From contig JAYWIR010000001.1 of the NCBI GenBank assembly GCA_036172245.1, positions 1,364,001 to 1,428,000 of the forward strand: a stretch of 64,000 nucleotides of DNA, in the 5' to 3' direction. Below the pieces are notes generated by a model that made no database searches, was not told the DNA's origin, and saw nothing but the letters and a program-made list of their open reading frames with translations. The number at the start of each line of letters is the position of its first letter. Within the stretch, counting starts at the first letter, position 1. The position numbers were made by a program, and so were the translations under genes. This document shows, one piece after another, positions 36,555-49,926 of this stretch. The DNA is from Raillietiella orientalis. Lineage: Eukaryota.

Positions 36555-38584
36555 GTGGTCACAGTCGCAGGAAAGAAGGGGTCTTCAAGCTGCTCTTTCG
36601 ATGCGCAGCATCTCGCGTCGATTTTCAGCAAAGGTGTTCCTCTGTCTTCAGTCGTCAGAACTTCAGCCCTCCTCTTCGCTTCCCTTCCTCCTCCTCTTCC
36701 CTTCTGCCCTTCCTCCTCTTCCGAGGTGCCTTGATCGTCGCGGAGCGAATCCACGGACGCCTTCCTCGCTCCTGCGCTTTGCCCGAAGCGTCGGGACTTT
36801 CGAGATACCGGGCGACTGGGAAACTGCCCAATATCGCGTTGGTCGTGGAAACTGGGATGCTGGCTGAAGCCTTCAGGAACTGCTTGGAGAATAGGGGGAG
36901 AATAAAGCCGTTGAGGATTGCTTCTTCCAGCCGTCCAACCATTTTGCGCTGCGGACGCGAGCAGCCGCCGCGAAGGTCCGGCCGCTCCAGGGAAGCCGTC
37001 CGGTACCTCGGTGACCGTGGAAACAGATGCTGGCTGAAGCCTTCAGGAACCGCTTCGAGAATGGGGAGGGTCGTCTTGTCCGAGGAGCAGGCTCCCGCAT
37101 GCCTTAGCGTGGGTTGCTCGCGCAGTCCCTGGCGGGTTTCGTGACGTCGGAAGTTTGCTCGCACTCACCGTCTTCCTCGTGCGCATCCATTGAGCGGAGC
37201 TTCGCCGGAATGGATGCGCCGCCCCCGGGCACGCAGCCTCCCTTGTACCGACGCCGATACCCATCCATCCCCTTGTCGGTGTCGAATTATTTTTTGGCGC
37301 TGCCTTCGTTTGTTTGGTAGCGATCCGCCAGCAGCCGCGTCGAAGCACTCGGGGCCGTCTTCTCGTCGCCTCATCTGATCGCCGCCCGCCCTCGTGGATT
37401 CCCGGGGGAGGGGAGGGAGCAGCTCCAAAGTCTTGCTGCCGTTACAAGATAAATATGCTATTTATAGATGGATTTGCTGTCCCTCGTTGCTTTTTTCTTT
37501 CATGAAGGAAGGGGGGGGGCTTCGCTGCCGGTTTCCTTCCGAGCCGCCTCCCCCCCCGTTTCTTTCTTTCTTTGCTTCGCGAGACGGAAAGCGAAAGCTC
37601 TTGTGCTCCGCTACGCGAGCAGTTGGTCTCGCTCCGTGCACTTAACACCCTGGAAACGGGGGAATGGGTCAGAAATTGGCGACGGGTCCAAAGAGGATTA
37701 GCGTCGTTCGTTTGGGTTCGAAAGGCGTCAAGTGCGCCGATAACATCTTGTAAAGAACGCGTGTTTATGCGATTGTGCCCTCGAGCCACGAAACCAGTCG
37801 ACGCGCGGGGCCGCAGCGGACACCGCAGCGGCCTTCACGGGCGCCACCGCGACCCCCACCTTTTTTCTTTTTTTTCCCCTCTCTCACATATCTGTTGGCG
37901 GGCAGCGCACGTTCACGTGCGCCGCCGCCTCAGGATGGAACTCGTGGTCTTCGCCACGGGTTCTTCCATCCATGGACCGGGGCGGGAGGGTTCGGTGCCT
38001 CGGAAACCGCCGCCATTCATCTCTCATCTTTCGTCAGTCGGCGTCCGCAGAACACACCGCTCCCGGCGGCGCCTCGGCTGCGGGTGCGCCCGGAGGAACA
38101 CGCGACCCGTGAAAAGATGCTGCCGTTGCCATGGGACGCCGCCTCTCCGCTCTCCTCTGGGCTGTGTTCGACTTCCGTCCGAAAGCTGCGCTTTCGCGCG
38201 ACAAGCAAATCAAGACGAATCGTTGGCGTTCAGCAGCGTTGCTCTTCGAGATGAAGAATCCACAATTCCAGAATGGGGCGTGGCGCGTGTCACGCGCGAC
38301 GTGACCTGATGAGACGTCATCTGGCAAGAAATTAGCGTTGTCCCGATGCCAGGTTCGGACCTCCGTTCCTCCCTCCTCCTCGCCGTCCGGGAACCCAGTG
38401 CGATGGTGCAGCGTGGGCGTCCGAAACGCTCCGGGAAGGGCCGGATACCCCGAGTTCCCCGAACCGAGGCGCAGGGCACCCATTCCCTTTTCGAACTCGG
38501 GCTGCGCGTTCCTTCCAGTTCTCTCCGGTTGCGCCGAAGTTTTACGCGGAAGTTTCTGGAAATGGGACGATGGAGACTTTACCG

Positions 38585-39025
38585 TTTTTTTTTTTTTTTT
38601 TTTTTGGCTCGCTAAGCACTGAAGAACGGTTCGCCTAGGGGCTCACGAAGCTCTTAAACACTGCCCACGCCACCTAAGGGTACGGCTCCTGAGGGAACCA
38701 CCCTATAGGAAGGCACAGGAGGACGGAGTCCGTTCCTGTTACGAGCTTGGGAGGGGAACCCCAAAGGTCTCCTTGATTCCTGGAAGGACCCTCCAGGAAC
38801 AACTTCTAATCCTGGCCAGTCAACGGGGATTCCATTCCACCAGTGCCGTGGGCCAACCAGCTTCACCTTGCGCGCGTGGGTACTGATGGTGGTGGTGGTG
38901 AAGGGAAACCCACAACGCACCCATTTCTCTGGAGTTGATCCTTCCCCGTGCGGGATTCGAACTCGCAGCGTTTGGTGCACTCGCGGAGACCGCATGGTTG
39001 TTTCCATGTTGAGGGAAGGCCGCTT
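38585..39025 (-). mobile_element. SINE-like family copy 6 (internally deleted, T21 tail)
   Basis: Poly-T at 38585-38605 followed by AAGCACTGAAGAACGGTTCGCCTAGGGGCTCACGAAGCTCTT. The head includes GATCCTTCCCCGTGCGGGATTCGAAC. Confidence 0.78.
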
Positions 39026-40249
39026 CTGGAAAATCGAAAACGCTCCCCCCAACTTGGAAGCATTTTGTTTGCATCCGGGGGCAGCACAGATTCTGTATCA
39101 TTGAACAGATCTTCGGATTTGTGTGTGTGTGTGTGTGTGTGTGTGAACTGCCAGCCCTGCTTCTGCCGCCTTCTCGAAATCGATTTCGTTGTGAGCCCGG
39201 GAGGTTCGTTAAAACCCCCCACGGCGATGCGTGAGCCCATTTGCGTAAGCGAAGACCCGAACATGGAAGTACTTTTCCGGCCCTGTGCTTCCGGGTCAGC
39301 AGGCTCGCCACACCACGGCAGCTTGGAGCCCCCCCTCCGTCTCTCCGTGTTGCGTTTCCGCACGTTTTCGGTCCGCATTTCTTTCTTTCTGTCCCCCCCC
39401 CCCCCCCCTTGCAGCGTGGACGACAGATCTCGGCATGCTCGTTGTGGTCGCACCAGAAGTGAATTCGGAGGGTGCTTCTTGTGCTGCTGCTGCCGCCAAG
39501 AGAAATGTCCCCTGTGACCACGCATCGGTGACTGTGTTCACCGCGAGCGAGTCGTGGACGACAGTGGACCCGTGTGTTTTTGTTTTTCCCGCTTCGCGTG
39601 TTCTGCAGCTGGTGCCACGAGCGGCACCTCCGTCGTCCGGAGATGGAACCGTGCCGTACATACTTGATCCAGCACAAAAAAAAACAAAAAACAAAAAGAA
39701 TCCGCCTTGCTTCGGCTGGATCGAAGGTTAAAATTAGCTTCCTCACGCCTGGAGGTCGGGTGCACGCGCTGGGAGAAGAAAACGAAACGAAACGGGTCGA
39801 CCTCGGCTTCGGTGCTCCCGAGCTGAATTTCGTTCCCGTTGCTGCTGCTAGTTGACCCGGGCGCCCGAGATTCGGGCGCTTCCGTCCGCGACCTCTCAGC
39901 GAGGTCCGAGGTGTCCCTGCTGCCTCTTCGGAAGTTTGCGTGCACCGAACTGGACGCTCGAGCCCGATGCGTCCGTTTGCGTCGAGTTGTTGACCACGTG
40001 CTTGCGCGCCGCCATGGGCGGAAAGCTTCCGTCCTTCCGCCGCCTCTGTCGAACCTTTGAAGAGCCTGCGTCTTGGGCATGTCCCCCCCCCCTCCCCCGA
40101 AGAAACGAACGCGTTTCGCGCGTTGCGAAATGATTCGGGGAGCCGTGGAATGAAACTCTGCGTTCCAAGTTGGTACGCGCATATGCTTTCGCTTTACTGA
40201 ATCCCCCGGTGTGACTCTTCAGGATGCTGCTGCTGCCAAGTGTCGCCTT

Positions 40250-42330
40250 CCCAGACGAGTCAGTAACGCCTTCGGTCGTCCACTAGGTGCCTCATCAGAG
40301 CGGCTGGTTGCCTAGGAATTGCGAGCGGTTGCTCGCGTCGTGTCCGGTCGTCGAGGCGTCGAAGATGCCGGAAACACCGGATGAAACGCGCTCGTCCCGC
40401 GTCCGCCTCCCGTCGATTCCAATCGCTTCGACTCGGCGACTCCCGTCGCACCCGGGAGTTCGTTCCCATCGGACCTCAAGCTGCTGACCGAGGACCAAGT
40501 CTTGCTCGCTGGAGACGGCGCTCTTGCGAACAGGGAGGTCTGCTTTTTGATGTCGCCTCTCGCGGGGAACGTGTCGTGGAGGGAACCCACACCATCCAGA
40601 TGAAAAACAGGAGGAACCACCGCCGACTAGGAAGGTAGCGAATGCACCCGCCGGGCATCTGGCATGCTCTGCTGTCCACGATGAAAGGGCAGCAAACAAC
40701 ACGGTCTCCTGTGAATAGCATGGTCCAGGAAATTCAATCAAATGCCAGCAAAGCGAAACCGTGCAAGCGGTTTGAAGTTTTCGTGCCACGATTGTGTGGA
40801 AACAAAGGACGGAGGCATCCAACACTTTGTTCCCTCCGAGAGATCGCTGTAAGCTGCAGCAGCCTCTCTTCACATTGGTCCACTGCAGAATCGAGGTAAC
40901 AGTCAGCCAAGAGTGGTCTTGAGGAATTCTGGCACGTGGCAGGAAGGGATCGTCTCCGTAGCCCATGCGAGAAACTGCAGAATCGGGATGCAGAAAAGAG
41001 CTGAAGAAGATCGGACGTGCACCGCCGTGAGCAGTTGAGAAAATTCGTGCACGGGTCGTTCATCACCGGATTGCCTCTTCGCCTTTCCGATCCGCCTCGA
41101 CAAAGTCCTCTTCATTTATTCCGCCATCTTTCCAAGGCTCGTTTTTTTGGGCCTTCCTGATGTCCCGGCGGGAATCGAAGAGCGATTGCGGCCACAGCCG
41201 ATTCCCGTTGAAACCAAGGCAGCGACCAACGGGCAAACCTGCAGAGCTGAGCCGCTGGAAACGAACAGGAGCGGACGTGGTCGAAGCTCTCTCTCCCTCT
41301 CTCTCTCCCTGTGCTGTTGGCTACGCGCGCACCTCCGTCGCCAGGCGTTTCTTAGGGAACGCTAGGCAGCTCCCCCGTCAGAATTTCTCACGCTGCCAGA
41401 CGAGGATTTTCGCAGACCCTTCGCGGAGCACCGGAAATTCGTCGCGTAGTTCGGTGAATATGCGATCCAGCTGACTCCTTTAATGTGCGTGCTCTGGAAA
41501 AGACATGAAACGAAGTGAGGAAGGAGGGGAAAAGAGACGAAAACACAAGGCGATACACCAGTGCGAACTGCTTTGTGTGCTTTCCTGTAATCACTTTATT
41601 AATTTATGATGCCCCTGCGATTGCAGACCATGAATCGCGTCCGATAATCCTTTCGTTCCTTTCCGGGGAGTCGAGGCCTCGGATGATTCGAAATCGGTCA
41701 GCAACGATTTTTTCCGTTCATGCAAGTCATGTCCCTCGGTCTTCGCTTTCGACCGGGCTGCCCATCCTGCGCAGAACCGCCCGCCTACTTTTTGGATCCT
41801 TCCCATTGCGGTTCCCCTTGGATTTCCGACATCTTTTCACTCGAAAGACGTTGGGAAGTGTCGCTAGCCGACTCGGTGGGGTCTTCCTGGGTGAGCCGCG
41901 AACGAAAACGGTCGCGTGTCGTTTTGTCGGAAGGGGAGGGGGGGAGGGAGTTTGCTTCGGCACAAGTACATATCTAGATGTGTACATATATCTGCGACAG
42001 CAACCGTAGGTGATCCTGGGACCGAAAAGACCGGTGGTTCGTTCCGTACCATCCTAAGACGCCGTGGTCCAGGTGAAATCAGCCTCCGTAGCTGCTCGTC
42101 CAGCCAGCGGTCCGTTTCGTGCGAAGACGAAGTAGCAGAATCGAACCCGAAACCCGAGTGCATGGCGATGTGGGAGATACTTCGTCTTCGCGAGGAAACC
42201 GTTTCCGAGCAACACGGGGCTAAGGTGCCCCACTCGTGCGTAGGTGAACAGTGCATCCAAGGCTGCCTTCCTCTCTTAAAAGAAGAAAACTGTTGCTGCA
42301 AGAACGCGAAATGTCGTCAGAAGGCAAGTG
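40250..42330 (-). mobile_element. LINE relic (endonuclease and RT remnants) in Six1/2 intron 1
   Basis: DFTW and SQDH-like endonuclease remnants at about 42000-42090, then IGKAKRQSG and YGDD (40949-40960, YADD-like), in the expected order. Confidence 0.35.
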
Positions 42331-43159
42331 AGCCGTTCGAACTCGCACGGGGGACTGACGACGAGGGGCCGTCGAGACGAAACCACACACACACACACAC
42401 AGTGATAAAAGTAGGACTGTTTCATAACTTTAGATCCTTTACGTATCAGGCGGGACTTCCGAGTCCTTAAACTTGGACTGAGGACTGTGGACTCCAAAAT
42501 TGGATGAACTCTTGTGCCACTTTCGTTTCGCCCGTAAATCGGGAAGGGCGCCGCGAGATGCAGGAGGTTTGCGGTTGGGCGGATGACGGGGTGCATCTCT
42601 CCGTGGCTGTCATGCCGTCAGGACTTTTCCCGCGCGTTGTTCGCCTCAGGGCACCACCGTAGGTTTCCGCCAGCGCTTCGTGCGCTGCTGACTTCCAACC
42701 AGCGGTGCATCCCAACGTGCGCGAATGGAGATGCGACAGCGGTGCTCTTGGGCCCAGAACTCGGTGTGCTCAGGTGTTCACCTTTCATTTCAGTTAGCAG
42801 CAGCCTCTGATTATTTATGCGATGACATCGCAAGATGGCGCTGATCTGGCAGCATGACTGCCGAATTTTCCTTTTGTGTGGAGATAGGAGGAAAACACAG
42901 CGGTTGCATCTGTTCGGTCTCTCTGATGGCGGGTGTGTCAACATGCGTCAGTGAGAGATCCTACGCACTGTGTTTGTTGCCCAGGTATCCCTTCCCATGT
43001 TCTCCCAGCATCTGGCTTTTTATGCCGCTCCCGTCTGTCCTTCGAGCAGTAATGATTGGTTCTCCACCACGTTCCCATGTCTCTCCGTTCTCTCTCCCTG
43101 CCCAATGCGTACATCTTTCCATCCCTTGACAGGCCTTTCACGTTAGATCTTCACCAAGT

Positions 43160-43585
43160 AATAGACACACACACATACACAGCTTATGCACACACAGCCC
43201 ATAGGCACAACACTGCAAACACACACACACATAGAGACGTGTGCGTATTGTGCTCTGTGTGCGCACACAGGCAAACACAGAGCTTGTGTGTATTTTCGTG
43301 TGTACTCGCATCTCCGTGTGTGCACACCAATACACGTGGAGCTTTCATGCACACACACAGCTTGTACAGCACACTGATACGCCCGAACACACACACGGAG
43401 CTCATTCACACGTAAACACACACAGCTTATGTATATTTGTGTGCACCCATAGTTCCGTGTATACACGCACACACACACACACACACGCACACAGCTTATA
43501 CAAAGGTACACATGGCGCTTGTTCGCACACACAGGCACACAGAGACACGCCCACATGCACAGCTTATACAGACGCACAGATGAAA
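43160..43585. repeat. Degenerate AC-rich minisatellite with a recurring CACAGCTT(A/G)T motif
   Basis: (AC)n runs punctuated repeatedly by ACAGCTTAT/AGCTTGT variants. Confidence 0.8.
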
Positions 43586-45383
43586 GGGGGACTGTTTCCA
43601 TAAATTTAGATTCTCTGCGTATCAGACAGAACCACGGCTCATTGGGCTGATGTTTCTCGCATCCGCTGATGTTTTTTCACTCTCCTTTCCTTTTTAGGTA
43701 GTCGGTTAAAAAGGCTTTCCCCGTTTCCATGTGAGGGAGCGGGGCGTCTGCATCCCGCTCGGAAAAGTGTGTAGCAGGAAAAAGACGGGCCCCACTGCTG
43801 ACAGCTAAGGTTAACGGTGGTGTCGGCGCGGGTATCCGATCTTGGCGTCCCTGGTCCCGTTGCTTGGTTGCGATCGCTCGGGTTCTCGGAGAGCGCTCTC
43901 GGAATCGCGGGACAGGACGCGCGCCATCGACGTTGGCGCCCGTCTTCCGCCACCACGTTCCATCCCGTGGCGGTCGTCGCCGCCGCCGCCGCCGCGTTCT
44001 CTTTTTTTGAGTCGTTTTTGAGAAGCTCCTTCGGGAAGGCCGGGCCGCGCGCCCGTCGTCACGTCCGTGCACGGGGGGCAGTTCCCCTCCCCCGGATCTT
44101 GCCGGGACGCGACAACTGCCGCGAAGTTTCCATTTCTCTCGCGTCCACCACCCTCCTCTGCTCCCGAGTACCTACGCGTAGGCGGATCGTTGCTCTCGTA
44201 CTTCCTTGGAACTGCTTCTCAATCGCATCGCAGTTTTTTTTTTTTTCTTTTTTTTTTTTTTAATGTATGTGTGTGTGTGTGTGTGTTTTCTTCCACTCAA
44301 TCTCTGTGAGATGCGAGGCATCTGTTCATCTCTTATTTCATTCAAATTAATTCCGCACCCCGTAGATGCTCTCAAGAGCATCGAGGCGTGTGTGCTGCAT
44401 CGTTCGGCTCAAGAGGAAGTGTGCGCTTTCGTGTGATGTTTGAACCGCGTGCTCTTCGCTCAAGGGGAACGCCAAACGCGTATTGTGCTCGAACGCAGTC
44501 TGCCAAATGATGCACGTAGGGGGGAGGGGGAGGACCCCACGGAGGCAGGAAATTCGCTTCGCAAGGCTTTCGGCATCCGAGGCTGGAAATTTTTTCCTTC
44601 ATCGGCGGCGTGCGCGCGCGTTCTCGGGGATGCCGGTGACATCACGGGAGGGGGGGGGGGGTTGGACTCGACTTGACCACCCTGCACGCCCAGGCAGATG
44701 GCGAGCAATCCGTGCCCCCGCAAGAGATGCTGCGTTGAACCACGCTCAGAGAGATGTTTTCTTCAGTGGACGCGTTCGATCCGGCGCGTGTGATTTGTTC
44801 TTTCAGGCGTGCTTCAGACAGTATCACAATAGGCAGTGGGATATTTATTAGTGTTGGGGGATAGTTGGTACTCCGGAAACTCAAGCAGTTGTAACATAAG
44901 ATCCGTGAATCAAATCTGCCAGATGGTGTTCGGAGGCAGGTGTCATTCCTCCTCGCTCACAGCGAAGGAATAAGTATGTTTGTTTTCGAACGGTGCATCT
45001 TGAAAACAATTACATCACAAAAATGTATATGTGTATACGTGTACGTGTACGTGATGGTTCTCGAGGGGCCCCAGCCAGGCGGGGAGAGAGAGCACCCCTC
45101 TCGGTAGTCGGCCAAGGTGAGCTGCAAGAAACGGAGCGCGAGCATGCGCGTTGCATCCTCGAATCACGGAATGTGCGCACCTTTTCGTGCGCGTGCGCGA
45201 TGTGCAGCAGCGACGGCGGATTCCGCTCAGACGGATCGACAGTCTCCATTTTGCTTTATTTCTCCTCCTCGCATTAATTATGCCCCGATGGCGTAATCGT
45301 GGCGGCTGTAATCAGTGAGAAGCAGCCCTCCTCCTCCTCCGTCGCATTTCGCACGGGAATGTTTCTGGTCAGAGGGAACTTCC

Positions 45384-45432
45384 AGTGTCGTCGTCGTCGT
45401 TGTTGTTGTTGTTGTTGTTGTCGTCGTTGTTG
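45384..45432. repeat. (GTC)n(GTT)n microsatellite
   Basis: Directly visible. Confidence 0.85.
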
Positions 45433-45580
45433 GTAGGTGCGCTCTTGGGCATTTCGTGCTTGAAACAAAAAGACTCGAAGCCATCCTTTTGCCGTTGTGT
45501 TGCGGGGAGACTTTGCAACGTCTTCCTTTCTTTGACTTCTGCCGATGCTCTAACATCCATTTGTGTGTTCCGTTTTTTTT

Positions 45581-45611
<31 letters not shown>

Positions 45612-46153
45612 GCTTCTGCAAGGCTTCTTTCTGCTTGTAGAGCTCTGATTGTATCAGTCTCGTTGCGTTTGGTGTAGTTTCTTGCCTGCACTGCCTCGCT
45701 GAGGCTTCGACCTCTCCAGGTGCACCCCGCAGCTTCCGTCTTGGAGATGCAGCCTCCCCGAAGGAACGATCCTGCCTGAAAGCGCCGTCGACAAAACTCG
45801 GATGCGGAGCCCACCAACACTGCGACTTCTCGTTACGTTTTTCTTTTTCTTTTTTTTTTTTGTTTTATCTTTGTAGCCGGCATTTTCCCTTCCACGCTCT
45901 TGCGTCTTGTGTGTGCGTGCGCGCGCGCGCGCGCCTTCGATTAAGTGTTGCCAGGACAACAGACTCCGTTCGACCCGCGCGGTAACCTTCGCTGATCAGC
46001 GAACCTGATTGCTGCCGGCCAAGTGTTCTAATTAGTTTCGCGTATGTGAACGAGGCTCGTGTATGTGATTTCCGATGCGGCTTCCGTGCTCTGCTAACGT
46101 TCGCTATCGACGTTACGTTGCAACAACAAAAAACAAAAACAAAAACGTCGGAG

Positions 46154-46163
46154 CCTCCTCCTG

Positions 46164-46200
<37 letters not shown>

Positions 46201-46229
46201 GGCGGCGGCGGCCTCCTCCTCCTCCTCCC
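46154..46229. repeat. (CCT)n(GCT)n(GCG)n(CCT)n compound microsatellite
   Basis: Directly visible. Confidence 0.9.
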
Positions 46230-47744
46230 GCGAAGGATGCGTGGCACGTCGGTTGATTGCTAAGTTTGCAAGAGCCGGCAACTCCTCGGGCGCAAGCAGT
46301 CGCACGAAAGAGAGTTGCAGCACGTTTGGTAAGAGTTCTTCCGCGCTTTACCGGCGACGCACACTCGCAGAAATCGTCAGCTGCACACAGCGGCGGAAGT
46401 GTGGGTTCTCCGCTGCATCCTCCAGAGGCATTGGATGCGCCATCCAAGGAGGATATTCTCAAGAGATGTGATCCTACGGTTCACGTGCGTGGAATGAGTA
46501 TCATTCCGGTAAATAACATCTGTGCTTTCAAAGAGTCTCAGCATGTAATGATCATTGAATCAAGAGGAAACTTCTTCCGGCGTCTTTGCTGCTGCAGGCG
46601 GGAGTAGAGTGGAGGGGGGAGGGGGGAAGGAAACAAAACACATGCGGAGTTGATGCTGAAAAAACAAGAAATCCGAAAAGTAAGTTTTATCTTACCGGCG
46701 CGGAATTCACTCGGGAGGAACGGCTGTGCAGGATCGTTTCTTGGCAGTTTTTTTCTTTCCTTCCTTTCGCGCTACCGTCGCTCGGCCGCTCACGCTGCTG
46801 CTTTGCTCTTCACTTGATCTGATGGTGGCGCGCTCCGCAGCAGCGAGCCGGAATGGTTTATGGCATTGCCTGTTCTTCGACTGAAAGTTCATCCGTTTGC
46901 TGCTTAAGGCAATGCAGTCTTCAAGCTGTTCGGTTTTTGTTTAAAAAAAAATATAATAAAAAAAAAAAAATAAGCTAAAGTAAAAAGCACGTGCGCAGGA
47001 CTGGGGCGAACTTTCACTGTCCTTTCCCGGCTGCCAGAGCACGGGTTCGTGGGGCGATCAGGAACCGTGCCTACTGTCTGCTAGCACCGGTTGCGACGGT
47101 GGAGGTTCGAACGAACCACGTTCGGTGAATAAGTATGTTTGAATATTGTATTTCGAGGTACGTGTGGACTCCTCCAGGAACAGCAGCATTAGTAGCACTC
47201 ACCGAGAGCCATCGTTATCAGCGGACGGTGGCACCACTGAGAAAGAGCTCTCGTGTTGTTTCGTTTCTTTCGTTGAGCAGCCACCGAACCTCAAGAAAGA
47301 GAGTCGGACTTTTTTTTTTTTTTTTTTTTGCACAGTGCTTTCCCAACTTTCGAAGCAAAGTGATTGATGAGCGAAGCTTTTAGAAGCGCCTATTTTCAGC
47401 GTGCTGTGTCGGAAAGAGTTTCCCTCCTTACCGTGGCGTCCTGGGATACCGGCACCTAATGTCTTCGGGGTCCTCTAATGCATCAAACAAATTGATGTGT
47501 GCGGCAAAACGCAAGAGCGAATGTGCGGGGCAAGGAAACCACGTTGCAGGGTGTGCGCGTCTTCCGCTCGCGGTCCACGAATTTTCTCAGCTACGAAAGA
47601 TCGGAATCGTAGCCGAGGTGCCTTCACTTGAGCCTCGGGTGGAAGGAGTCCCCGCTGCAGTTGCTGCGTTTTCTCCCTTCCCTTCTTTCGCTTCCTGTGC
47701 GGGTCATTTCTCTAAACCGTGTAGACGATCAGTGGCAGCGTTTC

Positions 47745-48277
47745 ATCCAACCCCCCACCTCCCGCGGAATGACGGGTGCAGCACTTGCGGAGAGCGGACG
47801 CCCCCGTTGACCGGCCGGGATCGGAAGTCGACGACTCTTCGGGGTCCTTCCAGGAATCGAAGAGCCAGTCTTGTGAAAAAGGGATCCTCCATCGCGTGCC
47901 GTAGAGAGGAGGGTTCATCGATACCTCTTCCGGAGTGTCAGGAAGCTGCCGCTCCCTCGTGGGTTCTCTTCAGAGGCGGAAACCAAGGAGTGATTTCCTT
48001 GCGGGTTCCCTCCGGAGACATTTTAGCAGCGGTCTCCCCCTTTCCGGGGGGTTCTTCGGAAGAGAATAAGGAAGGAAGCTCCTTTCGGTGTTCTTTTACC
48101 AAGCGTAAGAGGAACGGACTCCTTCCTCCGGAGTCTTCCTGGCTGAATAGGGGGTTGGTTACCTTTCTAACTTGAAGAGTTGACACGAACCCTTGGGTGG
48201 CGTGGACAGTGTTAAAGAGCTTCATGATCTCTTCTACCCCTTAAGGAGGCGAACGGTTCTTTCGCACTTTAAAAAAA
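47745..48277 (+). mobile_element. SINE-like family copy 7 (head truncated)
   Basis: Body GGTCCTTCCAGGAATCGAAGAG; 3' end GGGTGGCGTGGACAGTGTTAAAGAGCTTCATGA..GGAGGCGAACGGTTCTTTCGCACTTTAAAAAAA. Confidence 0.75.
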
Positions 48278-48696
48278 GGACTGCTCCAAGGGCAGTTTGA
48301 TGGGAACCACCTCAGACTACGTAGCCGGCTGCTTGCAGCAACGCGAATTCTGTTCTCTGACTTCCGGTGGGGATTTGAGATTGCAGGAATCCCCCCCCCC
48401 CCCGTTTGCTTGCGGTCGTTTCGTGCGTGTTCCAGTGTGTTGCCGAGGTAAAAGTGGCTACCACCACTGCGGTATTCTCGGCATCGTCCGGTACTTCGGC
48501 TTGCAAGAGGTCTTTGCTGCGTGGTGCAATCGATCCCGGGGCGCGCTGCTGCCGGGAAACGAAACGCGCGAGAACGATCTTGGAAAAAGGGCTCCATGTT
48601 GAGGCGACACTCTGTTCGACCTTCGAGGAATACGTCCGAGCTCTTGTCGAAAGACTTGCGTTTCGCGAAGGTTGACCTGACCATTTTTTTTTGCAG

Positions 48697-48856
48697 AGAA
48701 TCCGACAAGTCCGGAGTTCAGAATCCATCTCTTGCGCTAACCGGAAGTAGCAACCCAGCCCTGGACTCCAGTTCAGACAGCTTAGACGGCGACAAGTGTA
48801 CGACCAAGATGGAGTCTGCCGCCCACAGCCAGAAGGTGCTGAATACAATAATGACG
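48697..48856 (+). CDS. Six1/2 (so): Six1/2 coding exon 2 (predicted): (R)ESDKSGVQNPSLALTGSSNPALDSSSDSLDGDKCTTKMESAAHSQKVLNTIMT
   Basis: Branch-like CTGAC at about 48677, then a T-tract and TGCAG acceptor. The first base A completes the AG|A Arg codon left by exon 1 (phase 2 match). The frame is open to ATGACG|GTAAGC, a strong phase-0 donor. Confidence 0.8.
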
Positions 48857-49926
48857 GTAAGCATGTGAATAGGATTTCTTTGAATGTGAGCTTTCCTTTT
48901 GAAAAGTAAAAAAAAAAAAAAAAAAAAAAAAGCCCGTTGCTCTTAAGCGATTTCTGCAACGATGTTGCAGCGATTGCTTCCACATTGGTAGGTCTCAATT
49001 CCAATGTTCTTTCTGGTACCAAACGAAAGTAGCAGCACATTTCAACGCACACCCTTCGCGTGTTTATTGCTGGTGCTTATCACTTCGACTGCTGCGAAGG
49101 AATTCTTATTCTGTTTTCTTTAGCTTTTTCCTTTTTTTTTTTTTTTATCAAATATCTGATGTCACAAACTCGGTACGTTAATGGAAGCGCGAACGCGGTA
49201 CATATTTTGTAATTGGCATCGAAGTGTACGATCTGGGCAATTTGCTGTTGGCACGGGATTTCTGAATATTGTGTGTTTTGCAGAAAACATATTTTCACAC
49301 GACATAAAGCCTAATGCCTTCATGGAGAAATTCGTGGAGGCAAGGAATGGCATCTTTTGGCTTCAATGCAACTTCATTGCATTGGATTTTCTAGCTGCCT
49401 TAAAAGCATAAAAACTCCGAGCAAACGAAAGTCAGGCCTCCGGTGTCTTCATCCGAGGACGAAAATAAATAAATAAATTCACGGATGGTTGTCAGGAGGA
49501 TCCTATCGAGTGAGACTCGGGAGTTCTGGTTCCAAAGAGAGTCGGTTTCAGGGGCACGAGAGTTGGCTCCCTTTCGCTTTGTGATCATCCTCTTCGTGGT
49601 CGCTCCTCAGTGGTTTGCCACGTGAAATCTTCCTGCAGCACGTGCGAGTATCGAGCGCGGCTCGAAGATTTTTGAAAACTTCGTGTGCGGCTCACGCGGG
49701 AACGGGAGTCACGCGTGTTATTTTTAGACGGTAACCCACGGCGACGCGCGGTTCCGAGCATTGTTACGTGTCTCTGTGTGTCGCACGCGCGGTTCTCTTT
49801 TCTCGTTGCCATGGGATCGGCAGCCCGCACTCCTCTTTCGTGTTGAGCATGCACTGGCTCGGAACTCGCCGCGGACGTACTTGAACGAATTTGCTTCTGA
49901 TGCTGTTTTTTCGTGGGTTTTTGCAG

